From a virus (Duplodnaviria; Caudoviricetes), in the IMG/VR virus record IMGVR_UViG_3300009164_000071, positions 1,290 to 65,289 of that record: a DNA stretch of 64,000 bases. One strand, given 5' to 3'. The notes beneath the pieces are model-generated. The model was not told the DNA's origin. It saw nothing but the letters and a program-made list of their open reading frames with translations, and made no database searches. A program made the position numbers and the translations under genes. Position 1 is the first letter of the stretch, and each line of letters opens with the position of its first letter. Below are positions 40,301 to 49,003 of this stretch, piece after piece.

Positions 40301-43300
40301 GTTAGTGGGGTTGTAGGAACTGCAAAATTTGAAGTGTAAACAGCAGTTCCTCTGACAAATCGAACGTTTGATATATATCCCGGGAATGTGAATGTTAAAT
40401 TACTAATTCTAACACTGGTTATAGATCCTAATGATGCAATATTAGATGTTTTACTGTCTACAGCAACACCATTGATATAAAATGTTGCTACTCCATTTAC
40501 CCTTGAAAATGCTAAATGTGTCCATGTATTCAATATTGTAGTTGCTGTGTATGATGCATTTTGAAATACTGAATTAAGTACATCTGTTCCGAATACTATT
40601 TGAACCCTGTAATTGGATCCAGAGTTTCCTATTCTTAATGTTAATTCATTTGTACTATCACTAATCGAGAACAAGTACGCATAATTAGTGGGCGCCGTTG
40701 TTAGCCACGCCCATAATTCGATAGTGAAGTTATCACCTGCTCCAATAGAAAATGCAGAATTATTTGTGGGTACAGTCAAAGATTGGCCTGCGCTAAAAAA
40801 CACTGAACCACCACCAAATGGGTTCGACGTGTCTCCTATTGTTGTACCAACATTGGTTATTGCAAATGCATTTATACTTGCGTCAACAATTGTTGATGTT
40901 GACTGCGCAGTTAATAGACTTGTCCCGCTGATTGCAGTCAGTGGATTTAAAGGTACTGAAAATGCTGAAGTATAGACCGCAGTACCTTTGACAATGCGCA
41001 GATTAGAAACATATCCTTGGCCATAAATTGCTGGGTTTATACTGGAGTTAAATATTCTATTTGGAGTACCTGATCCAATTGATCCACTAACTGTTGCGAA
41101 GGCCTTTAGCACTCCATTAGAATATACTCTTAGTGTAGTTCCGCTTCTAACATAGGCAAGGTGTGTCCAGGCATTTGCAGATACATCATTACTAGTACCA
41201 CTGACTACGTTGTTTGTTCCGTCATAGACTAAAACTTGTCCAACTGAACCAATATAGAAAAGGTAAGCACTTGAGAAAATAGGTACATACGTTCCGGGAT
41301 TTAAACTAGTTAAATAAACCCAAGCTTCTACAGTAAAGTCTCCTGTGCCAAAATCAAATGCAGTATTGTTGGGCACAGTTAAGTATTGACTTGTTCCATT
41401 AAACTTTACTGAACCAGTGGCGATCATAGCTGACACTGCGGAAACAAAAGGAGTTGCCGTGGTTTGTACAACTGTGCCAACATTGGTTATGACATTATTG
41501 TTAGCAGAATAATCTATTGTGACGCTAGATGTTGACTGGGCAGTTAGTAATTGTGTTGTTCCTAGTGTAGCTGATAATGGAACAACTGGAACATTGGCAG
41601 CTGCCCCATACAATCCATAGCCTTTCAATATACGGACATTAGTTATATATCCTTGAAAAAAGTTAGCGGCTGTGCTCCTTGTATCTCCTGTATTGCCAAT
41701 GATGAAGTCACTGCTAGCACCATAATCAGTGGCGTCTGCATAAGTCACACCTGTTTGAGCACCATTGATATACATTCTAGTATTACTGCTAACTCTCGAA
41801 ATAGCAAAATGATACCAGGTACTGGTATTCAATGGACCTGTGGTTATTCTTGATACACCTGCTGTATAATATGAATACCAAGATGCAGTAGTATCTGACT
41901 TAAATGTAGGTTTGGTCTGGCTCGCACCTAACCCACTGGTTCTAAAATCAATAATACCTTGATTGACACCAGTTTGCAATAGTGGGTAGAACCAGCCTTC
42001 AACCGTAAAGTCTCCAGTACCAAATCCGTAGTTAGTGCTTGTTGATACTACAACAGCATCATTGCCGGAGTTATTGAATAATAAGCTGCCGCCGTCTGCT
42101 GACGGTACCTGTGTACCGCTGAATCTCAAACTACCACTGACACTAGGATAAACTAGAGATGTCACCGTGTTCGATGCAGTAGTAGTTATCACATAAGGAT
42201 TGGTATTGACCACTACGTTATATTGTACATCTTCATAGACTGTGCGGTTATACTTGCTTTCCCAAGTTGGTATTGGTACTCTAGCAGTTATGCCAGGACT
42301 ATTTGATTTGGCTATTAATGGATTAATTACTGGAAATTGAGGTGATAGAGACACTCCGGGTATAGTACTGTTGTTGAACGCACTATTGAAATTATTAACA
42401 TTCAATAAGAAATTGTTTTTGGGTCTACTAGCTGTTTGATTGATAACAACTGTGGCTCCTAGACCACTGACACCTCTAGTTATCTTTGGTGCGGCAATTT
42501 GCCCGACACCTACATTAACAATTTGTGTGCTAGTAGCTGTGGTATAAGTGTATAGAGGTGTTCTAATATCATAGACTGAAACATTATTATTGGTGATTGT
42601 TTGATTGTTTACGCTTGAATCTGTTAGAAAAGTAGTTGCACTTGATACATTGAGCAATAATGACGCTGTAAAAATACCCGCAGTGCCCGTAGACAGTGGT
42701 GATATTGGTGCTGTAAAGTTATTGGTGTATTGCGCAAAGCCATTGATTATTCTAAAGTTAGTGACTAATCCAGATAGAAAACTACCACCACCAGCTTGCC
42801 CAATATAGTCAATGTTAGTTGCACCTGTAGTAGCACCTGTATAAACGTTTACAGAACTTGCAGTTTGTACTCCGTTTCTAAATATACGGAATATGTTGCC
42901 TTGGCGTGTTATGGCGTAGTGATTCCATCCTACTGGTGGAAGACCAAATCCTAGAGTACCTTCATGCAACAATGCCGCGCCAGTGCTGTACGATCCAAAC
43001 CACACAGACATAGCACCCGCATGGGTTGTATGCTTACCTATGAAGATGTTATTAGCACCAAATGCGCCGTTATAATTTCCATAGACAGCACGAGTAGAGT
43101 TAGTTTGTGCATCATTAAAGAGGACCCAAAACTCTATAGTAAAGTCGTTGCTTTGTAATGCTGTGAATGCATTAGAAGGTGTAGTAAGAAATTGATTAGT
43201 ACCGTTAAACGATACACTACCACCGATTGGTGCATTTTGCAACAATGTAGTTGTTATAACAGTCCCGGTGGTATACTGAGGTATAGGACCGTTGGTAGCT

Positions 43301-43428
43301 ACAGTTTGAAATCCATATGGATTATAAACAACCCTATTAAATGAGCTATCCCATTTTTGTACCGGTGGCGGTGTTGATACATTAACTACCAGTACAGCGA
43401 TTGGTTCAAATTTAGCTAAGATTGTCAT
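34369..43428 (-). CDS. Giant multi-LamG (ConA-like lectin) adhesin/appendage protein, 3019 aa
   Basis: About 11 LamG-like repeats (FT.E.W...W.H.A..R.....Y/F.NG...I.N.R) counted by eye. Confidence 0.88.
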   Translation of the reverse strand: MTILAKFEPIAVLVVNVSTPPPVQKWDSSFNRVVYNPYGFQTVATNGPIPQYTTGTVITTTLLQNAPIGGSVSFNGTNQFLTTPSNAFTALQSNDFTIEFWVLFNDAQTNSTRAVYGNYNGAFGANNIFIGKHTTHAGAMSVWFGSYSTGAALLHEGTLGFGLPPVGWNHYAITRQGNIFRIFRNGVQTASSVNVYTGATTGATNIDYIGQAGGGSFLSGLVTNFRIINGFAQYTNNFTAPISPLSTGTAGIFTASLLLNVSSATTFLTDSSVNNQTITNNNVSVYDIRTPLYTYTTATSTQIVNVGVGQIAAPKITRGVSGLGATVVINQTASRPKNNFLLNVNNFNSAFNNSTIPGVSLSPQFPVINPLIAKSNSPGITARVPIPTWESKYNRTVYEDVQYNVVVNTNPYVITTTASNTVTSLVYPSVSGSLRFSGTQVPSADGGSLLFNNSGNDAVVVSTSTNYGFGTGDFTVEGWFYPLLQTGVNQGIIDFRTSGLGASQTKPTFKSDTTASWYSYYTAGVSRITTGPLNTSTWYHFAISRVSSNTRMYINGAQTGVTYADATDYGASSDFIIGNTGDTRSTAANFFQGYITNVRILKGYGLYGAAANVPVVPLSATLGTTQLLTAQSTSSVTIDYSANNNVITNVGTVVQTTATPFVSAVSAMIATGSVKFNGTSQYLTVPNNTAFDFGTGDFTVEAWVYLTSLNPGTYVPIFSSAYLFYIGSVGQVLVYDGTNNVVSGTSNDVSANAWTHLAYVRSGTTLRVYSNGVLKAFATVSGSIGSGTPNRIFNSSINPAIYGQGYVSNLRIVKGTAVYTSAFSVPLNPLTAISGTSLLTAQSTSTIVDASINAFAITNVGTTIGDTSNPFGGGSVFFSAGQSLTVPTNNSAFSIGAGDNFTIELWAWLTTAPTNYAYLFSISDSTNELTLRIGNSGSNYRVQIVFGTDVLNSVFQNASYTATTILNTWTHLAFSRVNGVATFYINGVAVDSKTSNIASLGSITSVRISNLTFTFPGYISNVRFVRGTAVYTSNFAVPTTPLTAINDTQLLTAQLKSSIVDASVNAFAITNNNSAVASGLSPFPNVLVPSTMVLGGSSLFNGTNQFLSMPYSANLNVGATTNYTVEFWFNLNSVAAASCAIALYQDATNRWTVEISSTTANVVFGAALNTTFTLPSTLVVGTWYHMALVGVAAGAKLYINGIASATANAKNLPSLASGTLYIGQTGVAGTNLYFNGYLSNVRLSNTSFYTVAGFNTSTRPLTTATTGTVYLLGSRSAITALNDSSTVNTTTNRSQGFGLIATGPAFSNYNPFTTTTDYLSVIYPGPLQPGTAQFSFDAWVYLPPNGGGTLYSQGTFAGGLRIDVAPTSISIMQNGFTQPTYIPGLQSIPVPNLTNTWRHIAVTRDVGNQLRLYVDGTTATSVASITTNFSAVGPSRIGAESRDLANPFNGYVTGLRMINGATLFPTLFSYTQPPLLPDNPPNRYARFDGTTGYLTMPDSFALGLAGWNWTIECLVNPSGNYANYNTLWSKRSSGGTSYQGFLNITNGWIGFFNGSTIWVAPGVQLPLNTWSHCAWVYNLTALTVSIYVNGALVLTVPAVTITNIAGSPLAIGAYFNGSVYTDFTWGSISNLRITRGLQLYTGTNFIVPSMPLTTATTATVLLTLNGPFNTFTDISTGSAIITRGGTLQTSVTTPTPLQHLYLTNETQATAFRDSSTSNNAIIFSGTPTWVSTLTPYVYTTSTFGSVQLNGTTDYLSTTTSTNFALGLQDFTVETWAYLQRLASNGVANGAADNNTFVWDFRSGVPTGAVSSLYVDNTDAGKLKYYANGAIVITGNTPSINTWTHIAVSRASGITRLFVNGVQQGINYFDTINYAAAPLTIGAESDGNTRRFLQGYITNFRVVGGVAMYTTNTSVPLAPFVLGTSTQFLLQPSPTNTATSTAFDIGVRQVGTPSFSTSTPFIVGTTSTRVITTSSIVITPRPQGNGIAAAVFVTSAANGIKTNRSRPTYNLTLNGVNNSATPWTFPMVVNPYVNKQFGLRQGPAITEARPNINRTTYERFSVGESVYNSIRVQSSITTSTATSIVYPLVNGSLRFSGIPVSPAAGGSLLFNNALNDAIVVSTSTNLGFGTGDFTIEGWFYPLIQSGVNQGIIDFRASSAGTSQLKPTFKSETAVNTYAYYVGGVPRIITGALTSSTWYHFAISRNSGSTRMYINGTQTGVTYTDATDYGVSSDFIIGNTGDTRNTAANFFQGYINNIRVLKGYGLYPGGTAFTPSRVPLSLATTGTVFLLNATSATSYLVDSSTSSFVVSRSLGFGVTASGPTFSQNNPFTTNTDYLTIINPGAMQLAGQFTFESWIYLTTSTACTLYSQGAFPGGLRIDVGATTISVMQTGYYLAPTYLFGLQNVIVPNLLNTWRHVAVTRDVSNNIRIFVDGVNILTNPITITNAVNFSSIGPARIGADSRDLASPFQGFITSMRIINGTALYTTNLFNAIPTLPPYPIVNTQFLLQTETSATTYRDTSLNNTAITFAGTPTWVSTSTPYVYNTLNIGSLQFNGTTDFLSFTGNANLVLGVQDWTVEFWTYFTALPAQTTILDLRGSATAVPAYFSVFGAAGTPANSFTLHDGTAHRATSGITPAINTWYHVVYSKVNGTLRILVNGVVYYSAADAVNYSTGNNAIWIGRGQDASTFLSGSLTNLRISRGVGFYTASTNAPVAPLTTGTSTQLLLTVRNGPLTLTATDNGQFADSSFNNFILTRNGTINYTNTLTPFVTSLTSTQITTTTGVIVNPKIRGYSGIGASVLIDTNVRARFNPSIPYGVSVGTFQLTTAGLVSGLAQVNPTLKLGITVNSTNVVFFNRTLNVATATMQANMIPHTIPYPGPIVKRLNDGGAKTFYNRQGIPATVYAGPVNVVRKPIVYRVHIPTIARRFSDLGPKTLNTQLNGARVLTRSTVVNVITKLRAYRIPNPVYIRNIKDTGPIMLNVQLNGVRVLGQAVPLYTVVIPGTTNQIISPNSPVAGYWS

Positions 43429-43443
43429 GCTATATAATCAGAG

Positions 43444-45327
43444 TTAGATTGCGGCTCCTACAAGAATATTATTAATACCACCGCCTGAAATGGTTAGGTT
43501 AATGTTCGTACTTGTAGTTGCGTTGGTTGTATAAGTTTGATTAACTGTTCCATTGTCAGTGAATACCATGCTATTACCTTGTATGGTTAGATATACAGTG
43601 GCTGTGATTGCATCACCTGCATAATTATAGGCAAACAAACTAGCTGTGGTTAGGATGTTTGTTCCTGTATATAAAAGATTCTGCGTTGGCATGACCACAC
43701 TGACCTGTGACGGTAGGTCAAGTGTTAACAGGTGTACTGTATAATTACCTAGTTCACGCCCTTGCATCCATAAACGTCCTCGTGCATCTAAGCCACAGTA
43801 AGACATTTCATAGGGATATACTGAGCTAATATACCAACCACTGGTTGTTGAGAATCTCATAAAATTAGTTTTAGTATAGGTAGGAACTACCATCATATCG
43901 CCTATAGCGTTGAGTGGTAGCCAATCACGTGGCATGTTATAGTTATCTTGGAAAGTAAACCTACTGTGATAAGTTAGTGTACTATCAGTGGCAGTATTGA
44001 TAGTAAATGTCAACATGGTACGCTGTGTACTGGTGTTCCAACGTGTTGGAGCACTACCTTGATGATTAGATTTGTCGCTTAACCAGAAAGTTATGTACCA
44101 CAGGCCGTTGGGCACCGGTTGGAATTGCCATGGTTGAATATGCCATGCGTCTTGACTACTCTGTGCTACTGCCGATCCGCCGGTAATACCATACTTACCT
44201 GCATAGTTGAACAATGCGTAAGCACCCACGCTACTGGTACTACCATAGACCATGGTACAGGTACTTGTGGTTATTGGTGGTGGAATTGATGCACCAGTGG
44301 CTGTGATGTTCAATGGATCCCAACGGAATACCACAGGTGCTAGATTTCCCTGAAAGTCAAAGTGACTGGAATAGAACACACGTTTGTTGCTGGCATCATA
44401 TCTAATATTGCTGGGACGCGAATGTAGATTCCATTCTAGTGAAGCTACAAACGCATTAATATTAGTTGATGTAGTCATGGTTGAATTAGTACCAGCCCAA
44501 CTAATTCTAGTTAACGTATAAGGATTACCGGCGGTGTTATCTTTCATGGTACACCAAACAGTGGCACTGGTTGCAGGCTCTACTCCAACAAAGAATGTTG
44601 TTTGCTGAGTTTGATCCATGGCAGACAAGAAACTAATAGGTCCATTAGTTGCATCATCCCAACGATTTATCAAAGTGACTTCGTCGTGTGGTGCATTGTT
44701 AGTAGCCAAGCCCCATAGACGCTTCCAACGACGTTGCCCGTCAAGTCCCGTGGCAGTCATATCTTGGAAAGTGTCTTCCCAGAAATAATTTTGAGGAAGT
44801 GCCGCGCCACTATTACCGACAGATCCTCTGGTTGTATTGTAGATATAACCCTGTGTTATATCCGGACCAAATATGCCAAATTGTCCAAAATGCTGTCCAG
44901 CAGTTCCACCGATATTAACACCATCATTTGAAAACGGCCAAGTCATCCATGCTCTTTGCGTACTGGTGTTATACCAAGAAACTTTGGCAGGAAAGTTAAC
45001 CGGATCTAAACTGCGATGGAATGAAGAATAGGCATCTCTATCTGCGTTTGTGCCTGTATCACCTGCGGCTCCGGAACACTGAATCGAATTCCCTATAAGT
45101 CTTAGACTTCCATAATATGTTCCCGACCCGTTCCAAGGACTTGGACTCAACGGATTAATCAATAATGAAAAATCTTGATAGTGAAAATATGAGTTAAACT
45201 GTGGGGTTAGGAATGTGGCATCGTGAGCCAGACTAGAAAGATACAGTCTGTTTGTTGCTGTATTTGGATCTTCGATCAAGGGATATATCGCCTGCCCTAA
45301 ATTTCCGCTGATGTGTACTAAAGCCAT
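43444..45327 (-). CDS. ~600-aa appendage protein, paralog 3 (possible beta-propeller plus Ig-like tail)
   Basis: MALVHISG...EDPN, SLDPVN.PAK, PSNIRYD, FYSSHF, YPYEM, VGA.I shared with neighbours. Confidence 0.8.
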   Translation of the reverse strand: MALVHISGNLGQAIYPLIEDPNTATNRLYLSSLAHDATFLTPQFNSYFHYQDFSLLINPLSPSPWNGSGTYYGSLRLIGNSIQCSGAAGDTGTNADRDAYSSFHRSLDPVNFPAKVSWYNTSTQRAWMTWPFSNDGVNIGGTAGQHFGQFGIFGPDITQGYIYNTTRGSVGNSGAALPQNYFWEDTFQDMTATGLDGQRRWKRLWGLATNNAPHDEVTLINRWDDATNGPISFLSAMDQTQQTTFFVGVEPATSATVWCTMKDNTAGNPYTLTRISWAGTNSTMTTSTNINAFVASLEWNLHSRPSNIRYDASNKRVFYSSHFDFQGNLAPVVFRWDPLNITATGASIPPPITTSTCTMVYGSTSSVGAYALFNYAGKYGITGGSAVAQSSQDAWHIQPWQFQPVPNGLWYITFWLSDKSNHQGSAPTRWNTSTQRTMLTFTINTATDSTLTYHSRFTFQDNYNMPRDWLPLNAIGDMMVVPTYTKTNFMRFSTTSGWYISSVYPYEMSYCGLDARGRLWMQGRELGNYTVHLLTLDLPSQVSVVMPTQNLLYTGTNILTTASLFAYNYAGDAITATVYLTIQGNSMVFTDNGTVNQTYTTNATTSTNINLTISGGGINNILVGAAI

Positions 45328-45366
45328 TTTATTCTCCTAAATTTCCTGTTAAATTTTTCATTAGAT
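45314..45366. repeat. 53-bp perfect direct repeat, copy 1 (gene junction)
   Basis: tgtactaaagccattttattctcctaaatttcctgttaaatttttcattagat is identical to 47150-47202. Confidence 0.95.
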
Positions 45367-47163
45367 GTTTGCTCCAACTACAATATTGTTGACACCACCA
45401 CCGAATATAGTCAAGTTAACTGTGGTCCCTGTTAAGGTGTTAGTTGTTGTGGTCAAACTAGTTGTTCCGTTATCAGTGAACAACATGCTATTACCGTTGA
45501 TGCTCAAGTTTGTGACCATGCTGGCCAGTGAGCCTTGTGCATCGAAGACAGATACTGTGGCACTGGTCAAGATGTTTGTGCCAGTGTATGTATAAGTTGA
45601 GCTGGACATAACCACACTGACTGTGTATGGGACCGTTGGTGTTATTAAGTGTATGGCAAAGTTTCCAATTTCAGTGCTTTGTCCCCATAACCGATTCTGT
45701 GAATCTAAGCCCAGTGTTCGCATTTCATAGGGATAGCTGTTGGTCAATCCCCAACCCAGTGTTGGGTTAAATGTAAAAAAGTTAACCTTACTGTAGACTG
45801 GCACAGCCATTTGTGTTCCTTCTGCGTTGATTGGTAAGAATTCTCTTGGAATTTCAAAAACGCTGGGGAATGTGTAAGAACTGTGATAGGTCAAAAATGC
45901 AGTTGATGTTGTATCAGTTGTTGTATTGATACTGTAGGTCATCATGGTACGACGTAGTGGGTTATCCCATCGCGTTGGCGCATTTCCGCCATAGCCTGCA
46001 ATTTTGTCAATGGGCCAGAATGTTAGATACCATGTTGTAGTATTTGCCGGGCGGAACTGCCATGGATGCATACGCCATGAATCAGCGGCAATGGTTGTTT
46101 GGAATGCAGTATTCTGATACAGTTGACTGTAGTTAGTAAAAGTCCCCACTGCATAGACCATGGTGCAGGTTGTTGCTGTGAATAGGCCGTCTGTTCTAGT
46201 TGGATCCCAGGTAAATCTCTGTGGCTTCAATTCGTTCATACCGTCAAAGTGACTGGAGTAGAACACCCGAGCGGTAGCACTGTCATATCGAATATTACTA
46301 GGAGTGGTATGACGATAGGTATAGCCTCCACCGCTAGCACCTACACTACGATCACCTGTACCAAATATTGTAGTTTTTACAGGAGTTATAGGTGCAGGAG
46401 TTGCTGAATATCTATAAATGAAGAAAGGTTCGCCGGTTTGAGTTGGTCTTGATTCAACCATATAAACATTATTAGCAACATCTGCTCCTATAAACCAAGA
46501 GTTAAGTGCTACATCGGCAGCAATACCAGTAAAACCAATATTTGTTGGATTGTCGTAGTTGGTCACACCAATGACGTTGTTGTAGTATGAATTGGCTTGT
46601 TGCACTCCCCAAAGTCTTTGATTAACTGCATCTTCAAAGTATAAAGTGGTTGGCGCATAAACGTTATTATTACTAATATACAATGCGCCTGTTGTTATGT
46701 CTGAGGGATATATTAGATAATTACCTGAACCTTGGGCAGTGGTCCCAACATCTTGCCAGGGGTAGGTCATAATAACTCTGTTGTTGACAGTGTACCAGTT
46801 TCTTTTTGCAGGGTAGTTAACGGGATCTAAACTTGAATGAAATGCCGCCCAATTATCTCGTTGGTTGTTATCAACGCTGGTTTCACTTGTTGTATAACAA
46901 TTAACAGTGGCCTTGATCAATGACATACTTCCGAAACCATTGGCCGGGACAACTGGCAAATTACCAAATGTGTAGGCACTTTGGAACGGGGTGTTGCCTG
47001 TATGATAGTGGAACTGGCTACCAAAAATTGGATTTAGGAAAGTGCCGTCATGCCCTTGTGCTGTAAAAAACAAACGATTTTGAGTGGGATTGGGATCCTC
47101 GATCAACGGTGTTATATTGGCGTAGACCCGAGCCACTGTTCCACTTATATGTACTAAAGCCAT
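45361..47163 (-). CDS. ~600-aa appendage protein, paralog 2
   Basis: Same motif series as 43444..45327 and 47197..49002. Confidence 0.8.
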   Translation of the reverse strand: MALVHISGTVARVYANITPLIEDPNPTQNRLFFTAQGHDGTFLNPIFGSQFHYHTGNTPFQSAYTFGNLPVVPANGFGSMSLIKATVNCYTTSETSVDNNQRDNWAAFHSSLDPVNYPAKRNWYTVNNRVIMTYPWQDVGTTAQGSGNYLIYPSDITTGALYISNNNVYAPTTLYFEDAVNQRLWGVQQANSYYNNVIGVTNYDNPTNIGFTGIAADVALNSWFIGADVANNVYMVESRPTQTGEPFFIYRYSATPAPITPVKTTIFGTGDRSVGASGGGYTYRHTTPSNIRYDSATARVFYSSHFDGMNELKPQRFTWDPTRTDGLFTATTCTMVYAVGTFTNYSQLYQNTAFQTTIAADSWRMHPWQFRPANTTTWYLTFWPIDKIAGYGGNAPTRWDNPLRRTMMTYSINTTTDTTSTAFLTYHSSYTFPSVFEIPREFLPINAEGTQMAVPVYSKVNFFTFNPTLGWGLTNSYPYEMRTLGLDSQNRLWGQSTEIGNFAIHLITPTVPYTVSVVMSSSTYTYTGTNILTSATVSVFDAQGSLASMVTNLSINGNSMLFTDNGTTSLTTTTNTLTGTTVNLTIFGGGVNNIVVGANI

Positions 47164-47202
47164 TTTATTCTCCTAAATTTCCTGTTAAATTTTTCATTAG
47201 AT
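47150..47202. repeat. 53-bp perfect direct repeat, copy 2 (gene junction)
   Basis: Identical to 45314-45366. Confidence 0.95.
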
Positions 47203-49002
47203 ATTTGCTCCTACCGCAATATTATTCATTCCCGCACCGGTTATGGTTAATTTAACCACTGCGCCCGATACCGCATTAGTAGTGGTAGTATAAGTTTTTG
47301 TACCACTATCTGTAAAAATCATGCTATTACCCACCACAGTCAATGTTAGTGTTGATGCAACTAACACCCCACTTGAATTGAACGCAGTTATGTATGCATT
47401 CGTATTTATGTTAGTTCCAATGTAGGTATAACTAGCACTGTCATATCTTATGTTAATTGTCATCGGAGTTGATGTTGTTAACATGTGTACTGAGTAATAA
47501 CCCGAGCCGTCTTTGCCAACTCCCCATACTCTGTTCTGATTATCCAATCCCACTGATACCATTTCATAGGGATAAACATTAGTCAGTGTCCATCCCTGTG
47601 TGGCATCAAACTGATAGAAGTTAGTCTGTCCTGTTGCAGGCGCTACAACCTGTGTGCCGTCACTGTTTATTGGTAAAAAGTCACGTGGCATGTTGGTTGT
47701 GGTATTAAATGTAAAGACGCTATGAAAAGTCAGTGTACTATCTGTAGCAGTATTAATAGAATACGTCATCATAGTTCTTGTAGCAGGTGTACCCCAACGT
47801 GTTAATGCATTGGCGTTATTATGTCCCTTGTCTGTTAACCAATAAGTTATGTACCAAGTTGTGGTATTAGCAGGACGGAATTGCCATGGTTTAATATGCC
47901 AAGCACCACCTGTGTTTGCGCCGCCAGTATTTGGATACTTGGCTGCTCTAGATGTATAGCCATTTGCGGCGGTCACACCACTGTAGACCATGGTGCAGGT
48001 TGTTGCTGTAAAGCAGGTACTGGTATTAAGATCAGTAGGGTTCCACTGATATCGTATGGGCAATAATTCGTTGCTACCGTTAAAGTGACTTGAATAAAAT
48101 ACACGAGAAGTTGCACTGTCGTATCTAACATTGCTAGGGCGGCAATAATTAAAAGCCACGCTGTTCCATCCGTAGCCTAGCAGGCCTGTGGCCAACGGCG
48201 CACCTAGTGTAGATACATAAGAGATAACACCCGCAGGACTGATACGATGAATAGCATAAGGATCACCTACTGTGGCATCTTTATTTCTAACCCACCATGC
48301 ATTATTACCTGTGTCAACTCCGAGGAAGAATGTTGTACCGTCATTGTTGTTTGACAGATGTGTGACGTTAGCGGCCAATACGTTATCATAGTTAGTCACA
48401 TAACTGACATTGTCCATCTGTCCATTAGATGTCTGTAAGCCCCATAATCTAACGTTGGCCACATCTTCATAGAACATGAGATTTGGAAAGTTATTATTAC
48501 TCTGTGCTGTAGAAGTAAAAATAGCACCTGTTGAACTAGTTATGTCTGAGGTATAGATCATGTAGGTATTGAAAGGACCAGTAGCATTATACAAATCCTG
48601 TTGTGGATAAGTTATAATAGCTCTGTTGTTAACTGTGTACCATGAACGCTTGGCAGGATAGTTAACAGGATCTAAACTACGATGGTATCCACCCCATCCA
48701 TCTTTATCAGCATTTGAGCTAGAGTCAGCCGCACGAGGTGTCCAAATTGCAGCCTTGTTAGTTAATAAATTTCCACCAAATAGAGTTGTACCTGCACCTT
48801 GTGGATTTCCATAACCTGTTGACGATAATTGATTAATGTTAATTAAAGATTGATAGTGAAAAGTTTGGTTGAATTGAGGAGTTAGATAATTAGCTTCATG
48901 TGCAACTCCGCTGAGAAAAATTCTGTTAGCAGAAGGATTTGGGTCCTCAATCATAGGGGTGCATTGCAATCCTAAAGTTGAACTAATATGTACTAAAGCC
49001 AT
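47197..49002 (-). CDS. ~600-aa appendage protein, paralog 1
   Basis: Same motif series; starts 1 nt after the stop of the collagen fibre gene. Confidence 0.8.
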   Translation of the reverse strand: MALVHISSTLGLQCTPMIEDPNPSANRIFLSGVAHEANYLTPQFNQTFHYQSLININQLSSTGYGNPQGAGTTLFGGNLLTNKAAIWTPRAADSSSNADKDGWGGYHRSLDPVNYPAKRSWYTVNNRAIITYPQQDLYNATGPFNTYMIYTSDITSSTGAIFTSTAQSNNNFPNLMFYEDVANVRLWGLQTSNGQMDNVSYVTNYDNVLAANVTHLSNNNDGTTFFLGVDTGNNAWWVRNKDATVGDPYAIHRISPAGVISYVSTLGAPLATGLLGYGWNSVAFNYCRPSNVRYDSATSRVFYSSHFNGSNELLPIRYQWNPTDLNTSTCFTATTCTMVYSGVTAANGYTSRAAKYPNTGGANTGGAWHIKPWQFRPANTTTWYITYWLTDKGHNNANALTRWGTPATRTMMTYSINTATDSTLTFHSVFTFNTTTNMPRDFLPINSDGTQVVAPATGQTNFYQFDATQGWTLTNVYPYEMVSVGLDNQNRVWGVGKDGSGYYSVHMLTTSTPMTINIRYDSASYTYIGTNINTNAYITAFNSSGVLVASTLTLTVVGNSMIFTDSGTKTYTTTTNAVSGAVVKLTITGAGMNNIAVGANI

Positions 49003-49003
49003 T

